A stretch of 64,000 nucleotides of DNA. Origin: Eledone cirrhosa. Lineage: Eukaryota. This document shows positions 1 through 12,569 of this stretch, piece after piece. The notes beneath the pieces are model-generated. The model was given only the letters and a program-made list of their open reading frames with translations. It did not search any database and had not been told where the DNA came from. The stretch spans positions 50,654,001 to 50,718,000 of the forward strand of contig OZ024744.1 of assembly GCA_964016885.1 (NCBI GenBank). Reading direction: 5' to 3'. Both the position numbers and the translations under genes were made by a program. Numbering within the stretch: the stretch's first letter is position 1; each line of letters begins with the position of its first letter.

Positions 1-199
1 GGACTTGCTCAACACGGCCCGTCGCGCCTCATTTTTTGTTCTTGCATGCAACCTTCTGCTCAATTATTTTTTCACTGATGTGCTCTTTCAGCATTTGTTC
101 TTGCTGATTTAATAATATGTGGGTCCTTGGTTTCTTCGTTATCGATTTTCGGCTGAAAATCTGGTTGGAGGTGATGTAGTGACCTACATTCCGCGGGCT

Positions 200-724
200 C
201 ACATACATTCTCTGTGCGTGATTTGGCTCAGTTCAGCCAATCAGCGCCAGTAGAAGAGGATGTATCCCTACGCGCCCTGAGGAAGAAATTCCCCGCGAAG
301 ATTTGAAGAATCTCTCTCTTGTACCAGAAACTTCGAGCCAGCAACACGCATAATGTAGCAGTGAGATATTGCACCCCTAGCCTAGCCGGCTTAACGGCGC
401 AATGGCACATTCCATTTTGTAACCTCTTTTTATCTGTAACTTCAACCATATAAATAAACAAACATTTCATCTCTAATTACTGCGGTTGAAGTCGTTATTA
501 TGTTACTCGTGTCTCAATAACATCTTTAATCCGTGCTGCTGGAATTGGCGACCTGACGAAAGGAATATTGTAAATAGATGGTAAATAGATCGAAGGACCA
601 TCCCTCACGTCTATGTCAACAAGATAATCCAACGAGGATACTATCACTTACCACACTGGCAACTAACGACCACTGATTCTACCACCCTGCTAAAGTGGCG
701 ATAACATCTATAACTAATACTGCT
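200..724 (+). mobile_element. Possible LTR/leader remnant that truncates the CR1 3' end
   Basis: CCAAT (~236), TATAAATAAA (449-458) and PBS-like TGGCGACC (546-553), with an abrupt junction to CR1 ORF2 near 725. No canonical CA terminus was seen. Confidence 0.25.
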
Positions 725-3700
725 AAAAGGTACTCAGGGTTGTTGTTGGCAACATGATTAACAATTTTGTGGGTGTTTACCAAGTCAGTTGCCAGGCGTC
801 GGAGCTTCAATGTATCCATGCCCAGGGAAGCAAGGCGCTCAGAGTATGGTAGATGCCTGATGGAAGGTATTCGCTTGATTGCACGTCTCTGAACAGTTTC
901 CAGGCGGTCAATGTTCTGAGCAAGATAGGGGTTCCAGACTGGTGATGCAAATTCTAAGTGTGGTCGCACCATAGCCATGTACATCCTTAAATAGATATCT
1001 GGAGAGCGGCTGACAAAGGTCTTGCTGAGTGATGCTAAGACACCCTCGGCCCTCTTGACAATTTTAGAGACGTGCCTCGTCCAACGCAAATCGCTGCTGA
1101 CCGTAATGCCCAGGTCACGTTCACAAGAAGACTTCTTGATATTAGTGCTGTGGAGGGAGTATGTGGACGCTGGGTTTTTACTCCCAAAATGCATGGTGGT
1201 GCACTTGTCCACAGCTAGCTTGAGTTGAGATCCATTGTTGCATTGTGTCCAGGTCAGACTGCAAGCAAGATCTATAGTGTTCAGGATCTGTCCTTTTTAT
1301 CTCAAGGTACAGCTTGATGTCGTCTGCGTACTTTAGTACTGTGGCATTCTTTAAGTTGGCATCTATGTCATTAATATATGCCACAAACAAAAGGGGGCCA
1401 AGAACAGATCCCTGTGGTACACCAGATGACATCTCATATGGTGAGGAATGCTGTCCCAGAACCGTGACTACCTCTCTTCGACGGAGAATGAAGGACTTCA
1501 ACCAGTTAAAAAGATCATCCTTCACACCCATTGCAGAGAGTTTTGCCATAAGCCTTTTGTGTGGCACAGAATTGAAGGCTCTCGCAAAGTCAAGGTAAAC
1601 AACATCCACCCATGAGCCGCCATCAGTGATCCGGGTGATGTCCTCAAGAAACTCTATAAGTTGATCACAGCAGCTGGAGTTGGGGATAAATCCAAATTGT
1701 GAGGGCCGGATAAGACTGTGAGAGCTCCAGAAGTTCCAAAGTGTTTCTCTGACACAGGATTCCATCAGTTTGGCGATGCAACTAGTAAGACTGACTGGAC
1801 GATAGTTCACAGGTGATGTGCTGTCACCCTTTTTGAACAGAGGAATGACACTGGCAGTTTTCCACTGTTCTGGAGTAGCACTGTTGTTCAGACAGAATTG
1901 GAAGAAGCGTGATAACTGGTGCAGAAGGAAGTACCCACTACGTTTAAGAAGCAGGTACGTAACACCATCAAGACCAGGAGAGGCATGGTTGCGTTTATTT
2001 TTTAGGTGACGTCGCAGCATTGCAGGTGTAAATTCCATGGTTGTAATAGAGTCCGGTGTCATAGGTGGTGGAGATGGTACACTCTGGTCTTCAATATTGA
2101 AAATACCTGCATAGCTTTCAGCAATGAGCTCTGCACATTCCTTGAGGTCGTCAGTAACCTAGCTTGTGTGGGGATTGCGAAGAGGACCAACTGGAGAGTG
2201 AGGCCTCTGCTTTGAGTGAATATACTTCCAGAACACCTTACTGTCAGGGCTGGTTGCTATGCGCTGCTCAAATTGAAGCACTGCCTTTTATGTCACCTGT
2301 TAGAGGTGGTTGGACGATCTCTTTCGCCTCTTCCTATTAATGTCTGATTTGTGAAGCTTGTACTCACGTTCAGCATTGCGCCGTTCTTTTCTGGCAAGAC
2401 GGACTGCTGCAGTCTCCCAAATTGCGCTTTTGGGATGTTTTTTCCGCTTACGTGGCACCGATGCTGCACATGCTGTCCATATTGAGCTCAGGATGTTCTG
2501 GAGTACAGTGTTGACATCTCCAGAGTTGTAGAACTCAAGCCAGTTTGGTCGTTGCAACTCGGTGCAGTAACAGTTCCAGTCTGCTTTATTCCAGTCAAAG
2601 TAAGCAGTTTGGAGATGGTTGTGGTTCTTGTTAGTGCCCATGAGGGATAGATGTGCAATGATCATAGCATGATCAGAGTCCCCTAAAGGTTCCTCAGCAG
2701 TAACACTAATAACCGTTTCAGGAGTAGTGGTGAAGAGTAGGTCCAAAGTGATGTCACCTCTCGTTGGGGAGGTGACCACCTGGCAACCAACTCGAGTCCA
2801 GCACTAGCTCAAGGAAGTCATTTTCACTTGGCGGCCAACGAAAGGTTTCCCAGTCAATCTCAGGGTGATTGAAGTCTCCTGCAATGAAAACATAAGTGGC
2901 TGTCTTCCTGGCAGCAGCTCTGAGGATATCACAAAGTTGAGTGTCCTGATGGTAATTTGGGGGACGGTAAACGACTCCAAGTAGCAGTGTTGACATGGTC
3001 ATACGTATATCGCAGAAAAAACCTCCTGCTGTGATTGGTTCAAATCAGCACAAGGAATTGCCGACAGATTTGACCGAACATAGACCATTATACCACCACC
3101 ACCACGATTAATGCGGTCTTTACGAAATAGGTTGTAGCCAGTCATGCTGAAAACCCCATCACAGAGTAAGGGATGTGCCCAAGTTTCCGTGACCGTAATG
3201 AAGTCAGGGTTGATACGTTTGACGTAGGAGTCAGAAAGATGAATCTTATTGCATAGACTACGTGCATTCAAGGACAACAATTTGTACCTTGATTCCAGTC
3301 TATGATTATGTGCAGGGGATGGCAGGTTTTTCTGATTTAGTTTCCCAGAGTTTTTTCAGTTTCTTTATTGTCAGTTGTTGTGGGTACAGTGTTTTCAGAC
3401 CAGCTGGTGTCTCTTTTCCATGTTTCACCAGCCTTAACAAACTTCCATATCTGCCCATCATCTCGTAGGCTGAAGCTTTCATGTTCTGCCGAGCTGCGGT
3501 TTAAGGAAGATGCAGCACGCAACTTTGGGCGGACATCAGGTGGAAGACCAGGGCGTGTTCGGAAACCAATCCAACTTTCACGCCTAGCTTTATCAGAGGC
3601 TACAAGGTATGAACGTGCCTCAGTTGGGTTTGAAAACGACAGTCTAATTAACCTGGGTTTCGGGCCTGGTCGGCCAAGGCGTAGAGCACCCTTTGCGGGA

Positions 3701-4860
3701 GCACAGCCCAGGTCTTTGAATGAACTGGCAGCAAATGCCTGAAGATCAACTATGTCTTCTGGTACACCAATGGCAATCACTTTGTGGTTTGCAGATTCAG
3801 TGGCATTCTCAATGCGCCTAGGTTCAACATGAGGTACGCGGAGATTTTTTAACAAGGCACTCCGGTAAGATCCCTCATTGTGGGGTTCTACACGAATGCT
3901 TGATTTTATTTCGGCTATTTCTTGGCTTAAAGTGGAAATCATTTGCCGTATTTCCTCAAACTCCGTATTGACGGTCGGTTTTTGTTGTTGTTCTTCTCCT
4001 TCAACAGGCATGGTAGAAGACACAGTCATCGGTTGTTGTTGATGAAAAGTAACGAGTGAGGAAGACATGGGTTGCTGTTGTTGATGAAGTCCTTCAATGG
4101 GGGTAGTAGCAGAAGCTACGGTCATTGGTTTTTGCTGTTGAACAATGATAGAGGAAGACACGATCCTCGGTTTTTGTTGTTGTTGTTCGGGAACAATGGT
4201 AGAAGACACGATCTTCGGTTTTTGTTGTTGTTGTTGTTCCGCAGCAATGGGAGAAGCAGGCATACAGTCCAGGCACTGAAAGGACCAGTTTGTTAGCTGG
4301 ACCATCTCCCAGAGTCTATCCATCGTAGCAATATGATGTTTCTTGTTTTGGCCTGGGATCTTCCGGAAGCCTGTGGCGCATTGAAGGCAGACAGAGATGT
4401 GACAGGTTCCACATTCGACCCAACGATTACGGAACGAGTTTTCGGGTTCCGTACAGATATGGCAGATGTGGTTTTTTGGGCAATGTTCTATTTTGGAACA
4501 TCGACCAGTTTTGTCGCATACTTCATCTATGGATATCACCATGGCAATTTTGTTATTTCTGCCCATCCGTAGAAAAACACAATGTAAACAATATAGGTTT
4601 AGCGCACTTGATTACAATAGAAATAAAATGTCTGTTTTTTGTTTTGTTTTTTTGTGTATTTTGTTTCCGTTTTCCTAAATGTTGTGTGTGTACAGAAGAG
4701 TCTGTGCATGTAAACAAATAAATATGCTGCGTAAGTTAAATGAAACATACTGTAGAAGGCAACAGTTTATTAACAGCGAAATAACGTTTTTTTCTTGATA
4801 CTGCTTCTTTATAATAAACTTTCAATATTTTTCAAATTATTAACTTTCAGCTGCTAGTAT
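725..4860 (-). mobile_element. Near full-length CR1-clade LINE: 5'UTR, ORF1, frameshifted ORF2 (APE + RT), 3' end interrupted near 725
   Basis: ORF2 pieces carry APE motifs (SLNARSL, VTETW, GVVYRPP, AGDFN, LDL, SDH) and RT motifs (NYRPVSLTS, QFGF, VYLDF-AFNSVPH, SGVPQGSVLGPLLF, YADD, C-terminal LETVQRRA). The 5' boundary is approximate. Confidence 0.92.
3337..4566 (-). CDS. CR1 ORF1 protein (409 aa): N-terminal PHD-like finger, Gln-rich repeats, coiled coil, ORF1-type C-terminus
   Basis: Uninterrupted ORF directly upstream of the APE start. Cys pattern CHIC...WVECGTC...CLQC...FQCLDC; coiled coil EEIRQMISTLSQEIAEIK; motifs KVIAIGVPE and RLGRPGPKPRLIRLSF. Confidence 0.8.
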   Translation of the reverse strand: MGRNNKIAMVISIDEVCDKTGRCSKIEHCPKNHICHICTEPENSFRNRWVECGTCHISVCLQCATGFRKIPGQNKKHHIATMDRLWEMVQLTNWSFQCLDCMPASPIAAEQQQQQKPKIVSSTIVPEQQQQKPRIVSSSIIVQQQKPMTVASATTPIEGLHQQQQPMSSSLVTFHQQQPMTVSSTMPVEGEEQQQKPTVNTEFEEIRQMISTLSQEIAEIKSSIRVEPHNEGSYRSALLKNLRVPHVEPRRIENATESANHKVIAIGVPEDIVDLQAFAASSFKDLGCAPAKGALRLGRPGPKPRLIRLSFSNPTEARSYLVASDKARRESWIGFRTRPGLPPDVRPKLRAASSLNRSSAEHESFSLRDDGQIWKFVKAGETWKRDTSWSENTVPTTTDNKETEKTLGN

Positions 4861-5179
4861 ATATATATAATTAAAAGGTGTATGTGGGTTAGAAGCGAAG
4901 TCAATCTTCAGAAATAGTTTACAAGTGTACGTAAGATTGGCCGGTATAGTGTCTCACACGAAATAGTGTGGTTTCTTTTCACGTGTGTGTATATTCATGT
5001 GGTATGTATCTGTATATAAATCTGTGTTATATTGTTGTTTATATGTTTTGTGGAGTACTTACTGCGATGCCTAAGGGATGTAGTGATTTGTTTTGTTTTT
5101 TTCCTTTTTCCCCGTCCATGTCCACACGTGGTTTGTTGGCGAAAATCAAGTCAAATTAAATGTACTTCGTTAAAATAAT

Positions 5180-5716
5180 TCATCATCATCATCGTTTAAC
5201 GTCCATATTCCACGCTTGCATGGGTTTGGACGGGAGTTTTCCCACTTGAGGCAAGAGTGGTTGTCTTGCTCGCATAGGACTGTCTGGCTGGTTTTCTACG
5301 GCTGGATGCCCTTCCTACCACCAACCACATTTACAGTATGGAACTGGGAGGTTTTTACCGTGTTACCTACACGGCCACATTACAGCGTGGACTGTGTGTT
5401 TTTTTGTCGTGACACCTACACGACCTCATTTGTTTCGGGCTGGATGTTGTGACACCAACATAACTTTACATTGAAAGGGGTGGTGTGGATGGGGTGTGGG
5501 TAGTGGGACGGGGGTGTATTTTGTTAGAGGTGCCTACTGACTGTAGTAGGTTTCACTTTGTACTTAGGTAAGGCGGGTCTTCTCTATTACTGTGTAGCGC
5601 CAAAGCTCTCGGTCCAGTGACATTGTCTTGGAGAGGTGTAAGTGTGTGAGGTCGGAATTTATCAAGTCGTCCCAGGTTTTTCTGGGTCTGCCTACTCCGT
5701 GGCTACCGTCTATGTT
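5180..5716 (-). mobile_element. Short 3' fragment of the RTE-clade LINE, with 3'UTR and (ATG)n tail
   Basis: Near-identical to the 3' part of the copy at 19506-22240. Confidence 0.85.
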
Positions 5717-6719
5717 GAAACTGGTACTGGTTGTCAGGGAACAGTCAAAGTAATTGTAATTGTAATAATGCTAGCAGAAAACCGCCGAAGGGCGGTTTTT
5801 CTGCTAGTAACCATAATAATTGCAAACATTAATTCTAATAGAATGTAATGTGGTGAGTCTTTGTTTTAGTATAAGTATTAATGAACGATGAACCAAACAG
5901 CAAATAGCTTTGTGAAGACATGATTCTTTATGTCAATGACATGCAATATTAGTGTGTTGAAAGAATCTGTTATACAAGCATAATCGGTAGAGTGTCGAAC
6001 ACCATGCCTTGTGGCTTATTTACACCCCTTTACATTCTGAGTTAACTTTGGCTTTCCTCCTTACAAAGTAGATAAAATAGAGCACTAGTAATGTACAAGG
6101 TACCAACCAACTTTCCCCTCCCTCAAAATTGCTGGACTTGTGCCTATAGTAGAAATCATTATTATAAGTGAGAAAGGGCTTGCAAGATATGATTCCAAAC
6201 AGCATGGAATCAGAAGAAAAATGAATGTTCCTGCTGACCTAAAGTTTTAGTCCATTTTTATAACCTACTCTCATATGAACAAAAGTTTCTGGAAAGATCT
6301 TGATATATTTATATTCATACGATAAATGAATAAACATTGTTGTGTTTGATTAAGACAAAGTGAGAGTGTATTTGAATCCATATAAAAATGAGAAAACTCA
6401 CTGCTAGAACAGCTATTAAAAAGGCCAAATACTGTTAATGACAGCAATGGGTAAAAATGCCTCAGAGGACAGAGACCAGCAGGCAGTGGTCGGCAGAGAG
6501 AGATAATCTTTTCTATATTTCATCTGCCTGTCACCTACCTCATGGATTGTCTCTCTGCTGACAACTGGTCTCTGTCCTCTGAAGCATTTTTGCCCATCAC
6601 TGTCATTGACAGCATTTCACTGTTTTAGTGATGAGTTTTCTCATTTTTATACAAATTAATATGATGTATCCAATATTTGATGTTTAATGTGATAGGTTTG
6701 AATACATGTAATAAGAGGG

Positions 6720-7585
6720 TATAAAATCTGACTCAAACAGATCGTTCAAAAAGAAAAAAAGGTTTGTTGATGGATGAGACAATTTCAGTTCTTAAGAGTG
6801 CCCTATGGTTGGTTGAGTCCAATATATATAAGAAAGAGGACTGGATACTGGTCTGTTAAAGAAATGACCCTTCTTGATATGTAGACAAGGAGTAGGCAAA
6901 AACACTATATGATGTACACAATGTAAATCTTGGGTACACAAGAGTTATGGTATAACAGGCAGACTAACAGAAAAGATAGACATTGTATGTATTAGATGTC
7001 TGGGGATAGTTGGTAATAAAAACACCAGTGAAATAAAATTTTTCCAATCCCAGGAACAATCCATAGATGTAGCTGATAGCTTCTGCTACCTTAGTGATCT
7101 AATTAGCCATGAAGTAGGTTGCTCTGAGAGCATAATAACCACTATAAGAACAGGATGGAAAAAGTTCTAGGAGCTATTAACTCTGTTAACAAAATGTTTT
7201 TATCAATGAAAGGTTGACTGAATGATGTGTTATGCTACATGGTAGTCAGATGTGCAGTGAAGGCTGGAGAGAAATGAAGCAAGCATGCTCTGATTAATGT
7301 ACAATATTAATGTTGTGTGAATGTTAAATCATGGATGAGATAAGACGAATGAAATGTGGTGAACAGGAATGAAGACTGTACTGGTATGGACATGAAATGC
7401 ACATGGGTGAAAAAGTGCCAAGAGTTCCCAGTTGAAGGAAGGTGCAATAAAAGAAGACCTGGGGAAAAGTTGTGAGAGTAAATCTCTAACAAAGGAGTGC
7501 AGTAGGTAGGGGAAAGCTGTGCTGGAAAAAAACCTGCCTAACCCATGCCAGTGTGGAAAAGATTGGTGTAAAAAGATGATGATGA
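6720..7585 (+). mobile_element. Old degenerate RTE LINE 3' fragment
   Basis: Recognisable remnants (gatagcttctgctacct, agaacaggatggaaaaagttc, ctggagagaaatgaagcaagcatgctc) ending in (gat)n. Similar remnants at 15745-16165, 17520-18190, 25515-26290 and 37383-37810. Confidence 0.7.
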
Positions 7586-7625
7586 TATTATTTTTAAAAG
7601 AAACTAAATTTTTTTGTATTTTCAG

Positions 7626-7734
7626 ATTGCTTGCTCACGCCACACGGGACCACATTGTGCGTGTTGCTAATGAGGCTGAATTTATTTTAACGCGTATGAG
7701 AGCAGAGGACGTACAGAAACATGCCGAATTTGAG
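7626..7734 (+). CDS. NBEA: Neurobeachin/LRBA orthologue, internal exon (DUF1088)
   Basis: Acceptor ttttcag|, donor |gtaaat. Encodes (R)LLAHATRDHIVRVANEAEFILTRMRAEDVQKHAEFE, matching the NBEA/LRBA motif DH-VRVANEAEFIL-R-RAED-H-HAEFE. Phase 2 in, phase 0 out. Confidence 0.93.
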
Positions 7735-8834
7735 GTAAATCTAATCGTCATCATCAACAGCAGTAGCACAATCATCATCGTTGTCATTTCTTGATCATCA
7801 GAATATTGTCATCATCCTCAATACCTTACCTCATTCATTGACATTATCATTGTCAATATCAAAATCATCACCATTAACATCATTACCACCATCAAACGTC
7901 TGTTTTTCCTTCTAACAAAGTGTGGAGGGGTCATAACAGCACGTCATTTGCATAAGCGGAGTTACTGATCTCCCAGGTGGGTGAGGATAGGATGGTGGAG
8001 CACATCATGCTTACATACAGTTGTCATGGCCATGGTAACCTCAGAAGTTTTGGTGATATGATAAATGCGCCCAGTATACACTGTGGAGTGGTTGGTGATA
8101 GGAAAGAAATCCAGTCATGGAAAACCTGCCAAACAAAGAGTAGAAAGGACTCTTCAGCTGTGATATGGTAAAATGCACCTGTTGCACTCAGTAGAGTAAT
8201 GTATAGTAGCTTTCACCATGCTTACATATCTTCCTGCGATTTACCTAGTGCTCAAGTGTGCCTGAGACCTGCCATCTTGTTTTCAAATGACCCAACACTC
8301 TACCAACTACAATTTGTGACACCAACCCTACAAAGACCATTATATCTTTGGCACAGCTGAACAGTCTCATAATTCTTTCTTTGACAGGTTTTCTAACCAA
8401 CCTCTTTACACAGTGTACTGCATGTATTTATCACGTAGAAAAGCATCACTACATAGGCTGTCATGCATTTCACCTAATCGAAGAGTCCTTTCAAACCATT
8501 TTTAGCATGAAGATGATATATATATGTATTATATATATACATATTGTAATACAGAAGACCCGACTTCCCACGGGAACAAGCCGAAGCTGAAGCATATAGA
8601 CAATATGCCCCCACTCCCTCCCACTGCAAAGTGGTTGGGGAGGTGTCATGACAAAAAAAGCACCCAGTCCACACTGTAAATGAGTTTGGTGTTAGGAAGG
8701 GCATCCAGCTGTAGAAATCAAGCCAAAATCAGTTCCCGACCTGGCATTTCCCACAACAGGACAACGTATCTAACCCATGCTAGCGTGGAAGAATGGACGT
8801 AAAATGGTAATGATGATGATGATGATAATAATAA

Positions 8835-10585
8835 TGAAAATATTGTGTACAGTGCTCAGGTGCACTACAACTCATCAAAAAGTGTATGTATAGTACATAG
8901 GGAAAATAAACAGTGCATGAGTTATGATATACACATGTGCGCATGTGTATGGAAGGGGTACATCATGTGTAGTTTTGGCGAATTTCGGGAAGCATGAGGG
9001 TTTTAAAGGAAGCTGTGTCTCGGCAGCTAACAACTGACGCAGGCAGTTTGTTCCATGCTTCAGCAACTCTAAGCGTGAAAAAATGTTTCAGAAAGTCATG
9101 GGAGCTGTGCTGTTTTCTGATTTTGTAGGTATGTCCACGTGTGTTAGACACATGGAGATCAAAAAGGAGCTCAGGGTTGTTGTTGGCGAGATGGTTAATA
9201 ACTTTGTGGGTGATTACCAAGTCCATTGCCAGACGTCGGAGCTTCAATGAATCCATGCCCAGGGAAGCAAGGCGTTCAGAGTATGGTAGGTGTCTGATGG
9301 ACGGTATGCTCTTGGTTGCACGTCTCTGAACAGTTTCCAGGAGGTTAATGTTCTGAGCAAGATAGGGGTTCCAGACTGATGATGCGATTTCCAAGTGTGG
9401 TCATACCATAGCTGTATACAGCTTTAAATAGATGGCTGGAGAGCGGCTAACAAAGGTCTTGCTGAGTGATGCCAAGACACCCTCGGCCTTCTTGACAATC
9501 TTAGAGACATGCTTTGTCCAACGCAAATCGCTGCTGACAGTAATGTCCAGGTCACGTTCACAAGAGGACTTCTTGATATCAGTGTTGTGGAGGGAGTATG
9601 TGGACGCTGGATTTTTCCTCCCAAAATGCATGTTGGTACACTTGTCCACAGCCAGCTTCAGTTGCAAGTCTGTGATCCATTGCTGCATTGTGTCCAGGTC
9701 TGATTGTAGGAAAGAGTTGTAAATTTCAGGATCAGTCCTTTTGAGTTCAAGGTACAGCTTGATGTCGTCTACATATTTTAGTACTGTGGCATTCTTTAAG
9801 TTGGCATCTATGTCATTAATATATGCCACAAACAAAAGGGGACCAAGAACAGATCCCTGTGGTACACCAGATGACATCTCATATGGTGAAGAATGCTGTC
9901 CTAGAACCGTGACTACCTCTTTTCGGCTGAGAATGAAGGATTTCAACCAGTTAAAAAGATCATCCCTCACACCCATTGCAGAGAGTTTCGCCATAAGTCT
10001 TTTGTGTGGCACAGAATTAAAAGCCTTAGCGAAGTCAAGGTAAACAACATCCACCCATGAGCCACTGTCAGTTATCCGGGTAATGTCTTCAAAGAACTCA
10101 AAAAGCTGATCATAGCAGCTGGAGTTAGGGATAAATCTAAACTGCGAGAGCCGGATGAGGCTGTGAGAGCTGCAGAAGTTCCAAAGTCTTTCCCTGACAC
10201 AGGATTCCATCAGTTTGGCAATACAGCTAGTAAGACTGACTGGACGATAGTTGACAGGTGACATGTGGTCGCTCTTTTTGAACAGGGGAATGAAACTGGC
10301 AGTTTTCCACTGCTCCGGAGTAGCACAGTATTGAAAGAAGAAAGAAAGCTGGTGCAAAAGGAAGTACCCGCCACGTTTGAGAAGCAGGTATGTAACACCA
10401 TCAAGACCAGGGGAGGCATAGTTGCGCTTATTCTTAAGGTGACGTCGCAACATTGCCGGTGTAAATTCCATAGTTGTTATGGAATTTGATGTTGGAGATG
10501 GTACATTCTGGTTTTCAACAGTAAAAATACTTGCATAGTACTCAGCAATGAGTTCTGCGCATTCTTTGGTGATATCTGTTATTTC
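8835..10585 (-). mobile_element. 5'-truncated CR1 LINE copy, same family as 725-4860
   Basis: ORFs 9401-10471 and 8963-9394 closely match the first copy. It keeps the C-terminus (TRGHTYKI...HFFTLRVAEAWNKLP) and 3'UTR that copy 1 lacks. Catalytic motif reads YVDD; frameshifted. Confidence 0.92.
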
Positions 10586-10587
10586 TA

Positions 10588-10810
10588 CAGATTAAAGTTT
10601 AAGCAAAGAATTGCTGCTTTCACCCTTTTACGGGATCTTGTGAAACTTGTTTCAGAAGATCCTGTAAACGAGTGAAAGCAGCGATTCTTTGCTTAAACTT
10701 TAATCTGAACAAATAATATTTATTTGCTCTACGGGTTTTATATATATATTTTATATATATAATCCTTATTGAGCCCTCTTCGGAATTTAGTCTTCATAAT
10801 TATTATTATC
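10588..10810. mobile_element. Head-to-head inverted pseudo-LTR-like repeat (120-bp palindrome plus tail)
   Basis: 10588-10646 is an imperfect reverse complement of 10649-10707. The same sequence occurs at 51841-51910 (+) and 52540-52700 (-). Confidence 0.7.
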
Positions 10811-11624
10811 ATATATCATCATCATCATTTAACATCTATTTTCCACACACTAGCACTGTTGTAAACATAATCAGATCAGGTGACTGTCTTGCTCATACAG
10901 AATTGTTTCTAGCTTAGTTTCTATAGCTGGATGCCCTTCCTAATGTCAACCACATTTACAACATCTCAGACCGGGTGATTTGTTGAGCAAGACACTTTAT
11001 ATCACATTGCTCCAGTTTACTCAGCTGTAGAAATGAGATAATAGGGACTGGGGTCCCTATCATTCCACGGCAAAAAAAGCACCCAGCCCACACTGTAAAG
11101 TGGACGTGTAGGCGCCATGGAAAAAAAGCACCCAGCACTCACTGTAAATGAGGTTGGTGTTAGGAAGGGCATCCAGCTATAGAAATCAAGCCAGAATCAG
11201 TTCCCATCCCGCCCTTGCAAGCAGGGAAAAGCAGACGTAAAATGAAATGATGAAATGTTGATGATTGGGTGTTTTTTATAATGGCACCAAAATGACCAAC
11301 TGATTGTGTGGACCAGCTGCTTTTTGTCATGCCACCAAAACAACCACTTTACAGAGCAGACTGGGTGCTTTTTGTCATGTCACCAACACGACCACTTTAC
11401 ACAGTGGACTGGGTGCTTTTTGTTTGTACCAACACAACCGCCTTACCAAGTGGATTGGGTGCTTATATATATATATATACAAAAGATACTTGCCTAAGGT
11501 ACCAACCAACATACTACACAGTGAGGACTGAATCTAGAACAATATGGTTTGGAAGTGAACTCTTTAACCACACACCCATGCTTGCACCTACTGTAATTTC
11601 ATAAAATTTCTGTTTATTATTCAG

Positions 11625-11791
11625 TCCCTATGTGCTCAAACCGTTGTTGAACGTAAGGAGGAAGAAAAATTATGTGATCACCTCATAACTTCAGCTAAGA
11701 GACGTGATCACTCCATCGCAAACGTATTGAGAGAAAAAATCGTGAACATATTAACCAACAAACATGGCGCTTGGGGAGCTGTGAGTAATAA
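11625..11791 (+). CDS. NBEA: Neurobeachin/LRBA orthologue, internal exon (DUF1088)
   Basis: Acceptor ttattcag|, donor |gtaagt. Encodes [55 protein letters not shown] (NBEA-like SLCAQ...CDHLI-AAK-RDH...KHGAWG). Absent from the ORF track. Phase 0 in, phase 2 out. Confidence 0.93.
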
Positions 11792-12447
11792 GTAAGTGCT
11801 TATTCTTCTACTTGTTTCAGTCATAACACTTCAGCCATGCTGGGGCACCGCCTTGATTTAGTCAGTCATATCAACCTCAGTTCATATTCTTTTGCCAAGA
11901 CTGGTATTATATATATTTCAAAGTTTCGATCATTTGACTGTGGCCATGCTGAAGCACTGCCTTGATTTAGTCGTTCATAATGATCCTATTACTTCTATTT
12001 TTTAAATTTTGATTTTCAAATAATTTTGAAAATAATCAAGAATTTGGAGATATTTAGTAAAATTACTTTCTTGTTATTAAGCTGTTTGGAAATTTAATAC
12101 AGGTTCTTACATAATATTATGATGGATGGTTTTTAGTCAAATATAAACACTTTAAAACAAACAGCTTAGTATCATAGAACAAGGTGTGGTTCAATAATAC
12201 AGGTAGTTTTGTATCAAAATAGTTATTAACTCTTAACATCCTGTAACACATGAAACCACATTAGCAAGATATTGAATATTTAAGTCTTTGCTCTAATATT
12301 GTTTATTTTTACAACAATCTGATTGTTAGTAAAGATACTGTAAACATTTGAATTAACAAACCTATTTTTAAATATTTCTTTTACTAAAGCATTACCAACC
12401 ATGGTGTCTAAATATTTTTACTTTTATTCTCTTTTATTTTATCTTAG

Positions 12448-12569
12448 TAGAAGTGAATTTTGGAAATTAGACCTTTGGGAAGACGATTTCCGCAGACGAC
12501 GACGATTCATCAAGAATCCACTTGGTTCAACCCATCCAGAAGCAACATTAAAAGCTGCTATAGAGCATG
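12448..12569 (+). CDS. NBEA: Neurobeachin/LRBA orthologue, internal exon
   Basis: Long pyrimidine tract then tag|tag|aag acceptors, donor |gtatgt. Encodes [40 protein letters not shown] (NBEA FW-LD-WEDD-RRRRRF--N--GSTH-EA-LK-A-E). Phase 2 in, phase 1 out. Confidence 0.93.

Noticed and set aside
5550-5575. AG|GTAAGG recursive-like site
   Set aside because: Lies in an antisense RTE fragment; the sister copy near 20015 has AG|GC, so it is probably a chance mutation.
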